This document shows, piece after piece, positions 9,447-15,065 of a DNA stretch of 15,065 bases (positions within the stretch are counted from its first letter, which is position 1; each line of letters begins with the position of its first letter). The notes under the pieces are model-generated. The model was not told the origin of the DNA. It was given only the letters and a program-made list of their open reading frames with translations, and ran no database searches. The position numbers and the translations under genes were made by a program. The stretch spans positions 1 to 15,065 of IMG/VR virus record IMGVR_UViG_648276665_000002. The stretch is one strand, 5' to 3'. This DNA is from a virus. Lineage: Duplodnaviria; Heunggongvirae; Uroviricota; Caudoviricetes.

Positions 9447-9937
9447 GATTCGATGATTTTCAGAAACGGGTTAGTGGCTTTCTTCTGCCCCGCCAGGCCA
9501 ATCAGACGCTGGCGGCTGCTGGGGTCGAGTCCGAGCATTGCCCCCGTGCTGCTCATCTCGGACTCCTGTTCTTTCTTGGCGGTCAGCTCCGGATTTTTGA
9601 CCATGCCACCCATTGCACCGGTGATGGTGTTGCCCTGTCTGGCAATATTTTTCACGGCACGCCGCCAGAACTCGTAGGCCACGCACCACCGCTCAAGCAC
9701 CGCGAGGTCAGTCACGCACAGCAGGCCCTGACCGCAGAGTTCTTTGGTTGTCAGTTGCCACATGATCGTGGCGAGAGGGAGATCTTCTTCAGCGAACCAC
9801 TCCGGTGGCTCAACACCTTTGATGGGCGTAAAAACAGGTTCATCTTTATTCAGGGCTCGCTTGCCGGGGTTTCCGGCCAGCGCCTTGCGCGCCGTTGGCT
9901 TGGGGCGACGCCCGGAACGCCCCGCCGTTCCAGCCAT
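9443..9937 (-). CDS. Terminase small subunit (P27-type)
   Basis: ORF-track start at 9946 is GTG; the likely start is ATG 9937..9935, with AGGAG about 8 nt upstream. Basic N-terminus ([13 protein letters not shown]); sits immediately before terL, downstream of the HNH gene. Confidence 0.8.
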   Translation of the reverse strand: MAGTAGRSGRRPKPTARKALAGNPGKRALNKDEPVFTPIKGVEPPEWFAEEDLPLATIMWQLTTKELCGQGLLCVTDLAVLERWCVAYEFWRRAVKNIARQGNTITGAMGGMVKNPELTAKKEQESEMSSTGAMLGLDPSSRQRLIGLAGQKKATNPFLKIIES

Positions 9938-9961
9938 ATGCGGCACTCCTGGTTAAATTTC

Positions 9962-10045
9962 ATTTTTCGCGGGTATAAAAAAACGATGGGGCGGGCAGTC
10001 CGGAAGACGTCAGGTCACAGGGATTTGACCCGCCCCTCCCCTCTG
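9962..10045 (-). other. Structured intergenic region between HNH and terS: long hairpin plus T7; candidate terminator/attenuator or cos/terminase recognition region
   Basis: Perfect 8-bp inverted repeat ggggcggg (9988-9995) / cccgcccc (10030-10037) with inner palindromes (gacgtc; ggtca/tgacc); on the minus strand it is followed by T7 (plus-strand A7 at 9977-9983). Confidence 0.3.
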
Positions 10046-10062
10046 GCAGTTGAGAACTATTA

Positions 10063-10413
10063 TCACTTTAACCGTTCACGGGCCGTCTTCGCCTTATGAC
10101 ACGGCCAGCACAGACTCTGCAGATTACTGTCGGCATCAGTGCCGCCATGCGCTTTAGGGATGATGTGGTCAACAGTTTTCGCCTCACGCACCACACCAGC
10201 GCGCAGACATAACTGACACAGGCCTTTGTCACGCTTCAGGACACGCGCGCGGATACTGTCCCACTTCGAACCGTAGCCGCGCTGATGACGGGATTGTCCT
10301 GGTTTGTATTGCTTCCAGCCTTCGCTTTTGTGGCTTTCGCAGTAGCCTGACGGGTCTGTGGTTGTAGAGCGGCAGCCGCGAACACGGCAGGCTTTTGGGG
10401 TTCGAGGGGGCAT
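10063..10413 (-). CDS. HNH endonuclease (terminase-associated)
   Basis: 116 aa; N-terminal CxxC pair (CRVRGC...C), then HNH motif DHIIPKAHGGTDADSNLQSLCWPCH; directly upstream of terS as in HK97-like packaging modules. Confidence 0.85.
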   Translation of the reverse strand: MPPRTPKACRVRGCRSTTTDPSGYCESHKSEGWKQYKPGQSRHQRGYGSKWDSIRARVLKRDKGLCQLCLRAGVVREAKTVDHIIPKAHGGTDADSNLQSLCWPCHKAKTARERLK

Positions 10414-11170
10414 TATTAATGTCCTAAATAGTTTCCTCTCTAAAAACTAATTTGTGTTAGGGAAATCATTAAATGAAGTGAACCTTTTAGTACCCACTGT
10501 AAAATTCACTTCATTAATATTTAACCAAATACAATGAATGTTCCAAAAGATGCTAATGATATATTTATCAGAGAATCCATACGAGCCTTAATTTCTGGCG
10601 TATTCTCGACCTCAGTACGCCATTGATTGACTGCCTCAATCATATCTCGACAAAACACATCTATTTGCAACTGAAGTTTGCCATTTAAGTGATTTAAATG
10701 CACTTGGCAATTTGTCCTAGGTGGTGGTGTAAAATTAAACTGCATCATTCTTTTCCTGTTCTCTGGATCCTGTCCAGCATGTAAACAAGAACAACGATAC
10801 AGCCAAAAATCATCCGCATAAAATCGACACTGTTCATGTGTACCGGATGTATATTTATTTTCAAGATAACGAGAAACCCAATCTTTATACCATTTCCCTG
10901 TTTCACCCTTACCTATTTTGGGACGTTCAACGCTCCTGCAAATATCAGGCATAGCAAGAGCCATAAACAATGCCGCTAACCAATTCTCACTTTCAATTGA
11001 AGATTCAATTGATTTTATAAACCTTTCCATAACTCACCTTTATATTATTTGATGATTATATTTATAGCACAGTTACAATCATTTTCCGGAAAATATTTAT
11101 TCATTTTGATATCCTATTTTTAGAATATCCTTTTTATCTCTATTGCATTGCGCTAATGCAGATAACAAAC
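10414..11170. other. AT-rich cargo island A between the lysis cassette and HNH/terminase
   Basis: Base composition drops visibly between about 10414 and 11170 relative to flanking phage genes; contains one well-formed ORF with its own RBS. Confidence 0.6.
10521..11030 (-). CDS. Hypothetical protein of unknown function (cargo of island A)
   Basis: 169 aa; AGGTGA 5 nt upstream of ATG 11030..11028; TAA stop at 10523..10521; AT-rich codon usage unlike neighbouring genes; hydrophobic C-terminal segment (LINISLASFGTFIVFG); no family recognised. Confidence 0.6.
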   Translation of the reverse strand: MERFIKSIESSIESENWLAALFMALAMPDICRSVERPKIGKGETGKWYKDWVSRYLENKYTSGTHEQCRFYADDFWLYRCSCLHAGQDPENRKRMMQFNFTPPPRTNCQVHLNHLNGKLQLQIDVFCRDMIEAVNQWRTEVENTPEIKARMDSLINISLASFGTFIVFG

Positions 11171-11414
11171 TCACATTCAGTTCCAGGCTAGCACCATATG
11201 TCAGTGGACTAGGTACAACTGGAATCGGTGTTTCAGAAGTCAGGCTGGCTGGCAGTGGTACCGCCGGAGTGTTCACGTAAACTGTCCGCGTACTTCCGCA
11301 ACCGGTCAGCAGCGGCAGCAGGCACAGGACGTGAAGCACAATCATCATCCGCAACAGCCACTTTGATATCTTCCTGGGTTCTCTGTGACTCCAGTGCAAT
11401 CTGCTGTTTTGCAT
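11097..11414 (-). CDS. o-spanin (Rz1-like outer-membrane lipoprotein), embedded in/overlapping Rz
   Basis: Out-of-frame ORF overlapping the 3' half of Rz; contains a signal peptide plus lipobox MMIVLHVLCLLPLLTGC and a Pro-rich region. Start is uncertain (ATG 11414 with AGAGG RBS, or ATG 11348/11345). The 3' end lies in AT-rich island DNA. Confidence 0.55.
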   Translation of the reverse strand: MQNSRLHWSHREPRKISKWLLRMMIVLHVLCLLPLLTGCGSTRTVYVNTPAVPLPASLTSETPIPVVPSPLTYGASLELNVSLLSALAQCNRDKKDILKIGYQNE

Positions 11415-11625
11415 GCTGGTTAGCCTCTATAACTGTATTGATGATTTGCAGTGATTGCAGAACGTTACGGGTAATGGCAGTTGCTGATTCAGCATTTCGT
11501 ATAGCCTCATCAGCACGCTCCTTTTCGTGCAGATATTTGCTGTAGTAATGCCCGGCAGACCAGATGAAGGAACCAATGACGGTAACAAAGAAGGCAACAA
11601 TAACCAGCTTATATCTCAGCTTCAT
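11233..11625 (-). CDS. i-spanin (Rz-like)
   Basis: 130 aa; N-terminal TM segment (LVIVAFFVTVIGSFIW) then a long charged helical region; directly downstream of the endolysin and containing the Rz1 ORF. Confidence 0.7.
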   Translation of the reverse strand: MKLRYKLVIVAFFVTVIGSFIWSAGHYYSKYLHEKERADEAIRNAESATAITRNVLQSLQIINTVIEANQHAKQQIALESQRTQEDIKVAVADDDCASRPVPAAAADRLRKYADSLREHSGGTTASQPDF

Positions 11626-12085
11626 TTACCACCCCACCAGCCTCTTTAAACCGGGAAATCAGGTCGCTAATTTTATGTTCATACTGACCGTAACCTGCAC
11701 CAGGTAAAGACGCCCAGATATTGCTGCAACGGTCGATTGCCTGACGAATATTGCCGCGATCAATCATCGGTAAAGCGCCACGCTCTTTAATCTGCTGTAA
11801 TGCCACTGAGTCCTGGCTTCTGGGAGAGAAGTCTTTCAGCCCAAGCTGCTTGCGGTAAGCATCCCACCAACGTGAAAGAAGTTGATAACGGCCTGCAGCT
11901 GTTGATTTGAGTTTCGGGTTTAGCGTGACAAGTTTGCGAGGGTGATCGGAGTAATCAGTGAAGAGTTCGCCACCGACAATAACGTCATAACCGTGGTTAC
12001 GTGTCGGTTGTCGCCCGTTATCCGTTCCTTCTGACCATGCCACCATATCCAGGAAAGCTTTACGCTGGGAATTTAGTACCTGCAT
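11609..12085 (-). CDS. Endolysin, lambda R-type lytic transglycosylase
   Basis: 158 aa; near-colinear match by eye to lambda R (QRKAFLDM.AWSEGTDNGRQ.TRNHGYDVIVGGELFTDYSDHPRKLVTLNPKLKST.AGRYQLLSRWWDAYRKQLGLKDFSP). Confidence 0.9.
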   Translation of the reverse strand: MQVLNSQRKAFLDMVAWSEGTDNGRQPTRNHGYDVIVGGELFTDYSDHPRKLVTLNPKLKSTAAGRYQLLSRWWDAYRKQLGLKDFSPRSQDSVALQQIKERGALPMIDRGNIRQAIDRCSNIWASLPGAGYGQYEHKISDLISRFKEAGGVVNEAEI

Positions 12086-12088
12086 AAA

Positions 12089-12415
12089 TTACTCCTTAGA
12101 GCCACCAAACTTATTACCGATTACTCTCATTGCAGCCCCACGAATAGCATCGACCCCGATCAGCCCAACGCCGCCACCAATGGCAACAGAAAGAGATTTA
12201 GGCCATCCGACATACTCAAGAGCGGATGCAAAAGTCAGCGTCAGAGCACCACAGAGCAAAATCTCGAGCGTTTTTCGTTTCCAGCCACCACCACCGCCAA
12301 AATAGGCAATGCGCAAGCCAGCCATAACGATCGACATAATCACTGCGCCCAGCGGTGTGTCTCCACGCCACCAGCTCTGGACCAACTCCAGCCAGGTATT
12401 TGGGTTATGAGGCAT
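12089..12415 (-). CDS. Holin
   Basis: 108 aa; hydrophobic Gly-rich segments consistent with 2-3 TM helices; immediately upstream of the endolysin. Confidence 0.75.
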   Translation of the reverse strand: MPHNPNTWLELVQSWWRGDTPLGAVIMSIVMAGLRIAYFGGGGGWKRKTLEILLCGALTLTFASALEYVGWPKSLSVAIGGGVGLIGVDAIRGAAMRVIGNKFGGSKE

Positions 12416-12557
12416 TTGTAGTTATCTCTCACCTCGCTGATACAGCAGGTGCAAATTGAGGGAACATCATGTACCGCAAATCAGAAGCGGAAACGTCAAA
12501 GAAGCCGAACCAATGGATAACTGCGGGATAGGTCAGGCCCAACGAATAGCCGGGGCC

Positions 12558-12596
12558 AGAAACGACAAAACCCGCTCGAAGACGGGTTTAAGCTGT
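12558..12596 (-). terminator. Candidate tR'-like intrinsic terminator upstream of the holin
   Basis: Plus 12568-12589 aaacccg-ctcgaaga-cgggttt; on the minus strand the 7-bp stem is followed by ttgtcgttt. Position upstream of the holin resembles the lambdoid pR'-tR' arrangement. Confidence 0.3.
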
Positions 12597-12599
12597 GTG

Positions 12600-12697
12600 G
12601 CGAAGTAACCACTCTTAACAGATTACAAGAATTTTTGCGTACGCGTTAATTTTTTTGTATTTTTCTCATTACACAACATATAAACCCTATGTAAAAA
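12600..12697. promoter_or_regulatory. AT-rich divergent promoter region: candidate late promoter (minus strand) and candidate promoter of the island B operon (plus strand)
   Basis: Plus strand: TTACAA...TTAATT and TTGCGT-17nt-TATTTT hexamer candidates upstream of ATG 12698. Minus strand: TTAACG-16nt-TGTAAT about 40 nt upstream of the tR'-like hairpin. All by eye. Confidence 0.25.
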
Positions 12698-13981
12698 ATG
12701 ACAGCAGAAATAGCCGTATTTAACAAGACCGCAGTAGCTTTAGCCGCAGATTCAGCTGTAACGATTTCTGGAGGCGGCAAACATAAAATCTATAATGGCG
12801 CTGAAAAGCTTTTCGCTCTAACTAAACATCATCCTGTAGGTTTGATGGTATATGGAACTGGTGATCTCTGCACAGCTCCATGGGAGCTTATCATTAAGGC
12901 TTATAGAAAGGATTTAGGCTCTAAATGTTTTGACTCTTTGGAGGAATATGCTGAGGATTTCTTCAATTATCTACAGTCGGCTAAATCAATCATCACACCA
13001 GGTATGCGTGAGGCTCATCTTTATCACTTCCTGAGCGAGATTGTATTCAGCATGCTTGTTGATGCTTTTTCTGAAGGTCTCGAACCAACATATTTCGTTA
13101 ACTTCGATAAGAATCAATTTGTTACAGACCTCACGAATTATTGCAACGATCTCCTTACAAAATTATCTGATATTAATTACTTTGATGGTTTTACTCCGGA
13201 TGATGAACAAGCAGCCCAAACCTATGCTTCATCAGTTACCCAACGCATCATTGCTCAAAAGTTTAGTGACTTTGATTCAATATCCATAACCCCACAGTTG
13301 ACAAAAGCAGTTAGTGATGTATTGGCAGCTATGATATGCAAGCAAAGTGATATTGGTTCCGTCTCTGGGATTGTGATTGCAGGTTATGGCGATAAAGACT
13401 ATTACCCTAAAGTATTATCATATGAAGTTTGTGGCTTCTTTAATGATAAAATCAGGAAAACCACAGATGCTGACAAGTGCTGCATCACTCCTAATTGCGG
13501 AGTGACTCCCTTTGCGCAAGAGGATGAAGTTTCTGCTTTCATGCAAGGAGCTAGTTCACATCTTATTCAAAATCTTCATGCTGAGTATCAACGTTCTATC
13601 GGCGATTTACTTGATGGTATTGATTCAGTAATCACAGATTTGGTGCCCACTTCAGATATCGAAGGAGCCAAGGATGCTATAGTTGATGTAGTGCGCAGGA
13701 CTGTTTCCGATTGCAAGGGGCGTATTGATAGCTTTGTCCGAGAAAACTATGTTGACAAAGTCGTAAATATGATCGAGTTTTTACCCAAGCAAGATTTAGC
13801 TTATATGGCTGAATCATTAGTAAATTTAACCGCTTTCAAGCGCAAGGTCTCCGATGATACTGAAACAGTGGGAGGCCCCATAGATGTTGCAATCATTTCT
13901 AAAGCTGATGGTTTTATCTGGGTTAAACGTAAGCACTATTTTGCAAAAGAACTGAACCATCACTACTTTTCACGGTCATAG
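12698..13981 (+). CDS. 427-aa protein with a putative N-terminal-nucleophile (HslV/proteasome-beta-like) hydrolase domain and an unassigned C-terminal region
   Basis: ATG 12698, TAG at 13979-13981. Begins M-T (MTAEIAVFNKTAVALAADSAVTISGGGKHKIYNGAEKLFAL..VGLMVYGTGDL); compare HslV [24 protein letters not shown]...KKVRRL...AGFAGGTAD. Thr directly after Met, Asp at the Asp17-equivalent position, KLF as in proteasome GKKLF, a GxG-D motif, and CGVTPFAQ (267-274) versus HslV GSGGPYAQ. No clear SD upstream. Confidence 0.6.
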   Translation: MTAEIAVFNKTAVALAADSAVTISGGGKHKIYNGAEKLFALTKHHPVGLMVYGTGDLCTAPWELIIKAYRKDLGSKCFDSLEEYAEDFFNYLQSAKSIITPGMREAHLYHFLSEIVFSMLVDAFSEGLEPTYFVNFDKNQFVTDLTNYCNDLLTKLSDINYFDGFTPDDEQAAQTYASSVTQRIIAQKFSDFDSISITPQLTKAVSDVLAAMICKQSDIGSVSGIVIAGYGDKDYYPKVLSYEVCGFFNDKIRKTTDADKCCITPNCGVTPFAQEDEVSAFMQGASSHLIQNLHAEYQRSIGDLLDGIDSVITDLVPTSDIEGAKDAIVDVVRRTVSDCKGRIDSFVRENYVDKVVNMIEFLPKQDLAYMAESLVNLTAFKRKVSDDTETVGGPIDVAIISKADGFIWVKRKHYFAKELNHHYFSRS

Positions 13982-14004
13982 CAACAAATAGACAAGGGGA
14001 ACAC

Positions 14005-14154
14005 ATGTCACTTAAGCAAGCCTATGAAAGAACTCAACCCAAAAGCATCAATGATTTCTTTCAGTTGAGTACTTCTGGAAAGAGTCGACGTACTGTAACA
14101 AGCCAATCTAACTTCTTTACTAAATTGAACAAAACATTACCTGCACAATCCTAA
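14005..14154 (+). CDS. Small hydrophilic basic protein (49 aa), second gene of the island B operon
   Basis: AAGGGGA 5 nt upstream of ATG 14005; MSLKQAYERTQPKSINDFFQLSTSGKSRRTVTSQSNFFTKLNKTLPAQS; TAA at 14152-14154 immediately followed by the terminator hairpin. Confidence 0.4.
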   Translation: MSLKQAYERTQPKSINDFFQLSTSGKSRRTVTSQSNFFTKLNKTLPAQS

Positions 14155-14193
14155 AAAGTTAAAAGCCACTACGGTGGCTTTTAACTTTTATTT
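14153..14193. terminator. Bidirectional intrinsic terminator shared by the island B operon (+) and the Q gene (-)
   Basis: Perfect 12-bp stem gttaaaagccac / gtggcttttaac (14158-14169 / 14174-14185) with tacg loop, flanked by A5 on the 5' side and ttttattt on the 3' side, so a U-tract follows the hairpin on either strand. Confidence 0.65.
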
Positions 14194-14538
14194 ACATGCA
14201 ATAACGCTCGTAATACCCTCTACAAAACCAATTGCAGTTTGCAATTCCTTTCTAATCGTGCCATCTGAACACCTTCTCTTTTTGGCAATAGTGCGTAATG
14301 AGATACCAATAACAAAGTGGGCTATGATGAGCTCATATTCCTCTGGTTTATACCTTCTCAACCGAGCCACACAACTGTCTATCATAATGCCTTCGTCATC
14401 ATCACACTGAATCCGTGACTTTTTGCCATGAGGTAAAAGCCCCTTGAAGCCTGCTGCTATCGGCTGCCAGTCCACGCCACTGTTATCTGCTGCAGCCCAT
14501 GCTCCCCAGCGGTCCAATACTTCATACATATCACGCAT
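14188..14538 (-). CDS. Late-gene antiterminator Q (QuuD-like)
   Basis: ORF-track start at 14553 is TTG; likely start ATG 14538..14536 with GGAGAAAG upstream. MRDMYEVLDRWGAWAAADNSGVDWQPIAAGFKGLLPHGKKSRIQCDDDEGIMIDSCVARL parallels E. coli DLP12 QuuD (VLERWGAWAA...IAAGFKGL...SRPQCCDDD) as recalled from memory. Confidence 0.8.
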   Translation of the reverse strand: MRDMYEVLDRWGAWAAADNSGVDWQPIAAGFKGLLPHGKKSRIQCDDDEGIMIDSCVARLRRYKPEEYELIIAHFVIGISLRTIAKKRRCSDGTIRKELQTAIGFVEGITSVIACK

Positions 14539-14555
14539 CAACTTTCTCCACAAAA

Positions 14556-15065
14556 TCAGGCCAGCACGCCAATTGCCAGCGCACGATCGATAAAACGAAA
14601 TACCAGCTCCAGCTGGGAGCCATACTTCTCTTCAAATGCCACGGTATCCGCATGCAGCTCGTCGTGATGCTTTCTGCACAAAGGCAACACAAAGAGGTCA
14701 TGCGCTTTTGTACCCATCCCACCCTGACCGTGGCCTATCAGGTGGTGGGGATCATCAGCAGGCTTTCCACAACATGCACACGGCTGTGTCTTAACCCAGC
14801 GCGTGTACTTTTCATTAACCCAGCGGCGACGTTTTGGGCGTAACATAAAAGACTCCGGCGACTCCGGATCCACTTTCAGCGCCAGCACCTTTTTCGCCTT
14901 ATCCTGGATGATGCTGGTAGCAGGAACCGAAGGCACAAGGTCACTTTCCCGGGTAACAGACGGCACAACAGGCTTCGGTAATCTCAGTGCCTTACGGGCT
15001 GCACTTTCCGGTAAGGCATCCGCCAGGTCATTACGAACCAGCCACCAGCACAGTTCCGGCAGTCG
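14556..15065 (-). CDS. nin-region protein, DUF968-like (putative nuclease); 5' end beyond the right window edge
   Basis: Cys/His-rich motif CACCGKPADDPHHLIGHGQGGMGTKAHDLFVLPLCRKHHDELH. The reading frame stays open upstream of the ORF-track start (GTG at 14966) to position 15065 (…RLPELCWWLVRNDLADALPESAARKALRLPKPV-VPSVTRE…), so the gene probably starts outside the window. Confidence 0.55.
   Translation of the reverse strand, partial: RLPELCWWLVRNDLADALPESAARKALRLPKPVVPSVTRESDLVPSVPATSIIQDKAKKVLALKVDPESPESFMLRPKRRRWVNEKYTRWVKTQPCACCGKPADDPHHLIGHGQGGMGTKAHDLFVLPLCRKHHDELHADTVAFEEKYGSQLELVFRFIDRALAIGVLA

Larger units (their letters stand above)
12600..14193 (+). other. AT-rich cargo island B between Q and the lysis cassette, transcribed opposite to phage late genes
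   Basis: Base composition clearly lower than flanking phage genes; two plus-strand ORFs, own promoter region and a bidirectional terminator. Confidence 0.65.
1..15065 (-). mobile_element. Prophage segment: lambdoid Q/lysis module, HK97-type head module, Mu/SfV-type contractile tail genes; apparently tail-defective
   Basis: Continuous minus-strand array of recognisable phage late genes with tightly packed or overlapping boundaries; two AT-rich insertions. Prophage ends, integrase and att sites are not in the window. Confidence 0.9.

Noticed and set aside
1270-9677. Numerous plus-strand ORFs across the structural region (for example 1270..1686, 1714..2025, 2003..2263, 2680..3270, 3360..3857, 3730..4122, 4984..5421, 5337..5699, 7020..7535, 8899..9252, 9237..9677)
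   Set aside because: All are antisense to, or in alternate frames of, strongly supported minus-strand phage genes; their translations are Arg/Pro/Ser-rich shadow ORFs typical of GC-rich coding DNA.
1476-9689. Short minus-strand ORFs nested in alternate frames of larger genes (1476..1667, 1770..1970, 3236..3427, 3810..3995, 5424..5672, 8525..8707, 8960..9166, 9471..9689)
   Set aside because: Each is fully contained within a longer, recognisable gene on the same strand in a different frame, with no independent RBS evidence.
11228-11545. Plus-strand ORF 11228..11545
   Set aside because: Antisense to the Rz/Rz1 spanin pair.
12420-12700. Possible tRNA genes in the Q-to-holin interval, as seen in some Stx phages
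   Set aside because: No cloverleaf-compatible sequence or T-arm consensus (GTTCGAATC-like) seen by eye; the only clear structure there is a simple hairpin.
13041-13289. Plus-strand ORF in an alternate frame inside the 427-aa gene
   Set aside because: Nested within the long ORF; low-complexity translation typical of AT-rich frame noise.
12698-13981. Island B cargo being a classic Q-S located toxin or porin such as Shiga toxin or NmpC-like porin
   Set aside because: The translation has no signal peptide and no resemblance to the Stx A/B subunits or to beta-barrel porins; the N-terminus instead follows the Ntn-hydrolase pattern.
14174-14843. Plus-strand ORFs 14174..14410 and 14499..14843
   Set aside because: Antisense to the Q antiterminator and DUF968-like genes, both of which have recognisable motifs.
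1-15065. CRISPR arrays, IS elements, integrase or att sites
   Set aside because: No regularly spaced direct repeats, no transposase-like ORF with terminal inverted repeats, and no tyrosine/serine recombinase gene were seen; prophage boundaries are probably outside the window.

Overview
The whole window lies inside a prophage whose phage genes all run on the minus strand (right to left). From the right edge: a partial DUF968-like nin-region gene, a Q-type late antiterminator (QuuD-like), a lysis cassette (holin, lambda R-type endolysin, Rz/Rz1 spanins), an HNH endonuclease, terminase small and large subunits, an HK97-type head module (portal, prohead protease, major capsid, connector, adaptor, gp10-family protein), then a Mu/SfV-type contractile tail start (tail terminator, DUF2635-like, sheath, tube). 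After the tail tube the module breaks off: a 37-codon chaperone-like stub is followed directly by a tail-fibre gene running off the left edge, so the element looks tail-defective. Two visibly AT-rich cargo islands interrupt this backbone. Island B (about 12600-14193, plus strand, between Q and the holin) is the most interesting: a 427-aa protein whose N-terminus reads by eye like an HslV/proteasome-beta threonine hydrolase, plus a 49-aa ORF and a bidirectional terminator. Island A (about 10414-11170, between Rz1 and HNH) carries an unrecognised 169-aa protein. All family assignments are from reading the translations by eye; no searches were run. No tRNA, CRISPR array, IS element, integrase or att site was seen.
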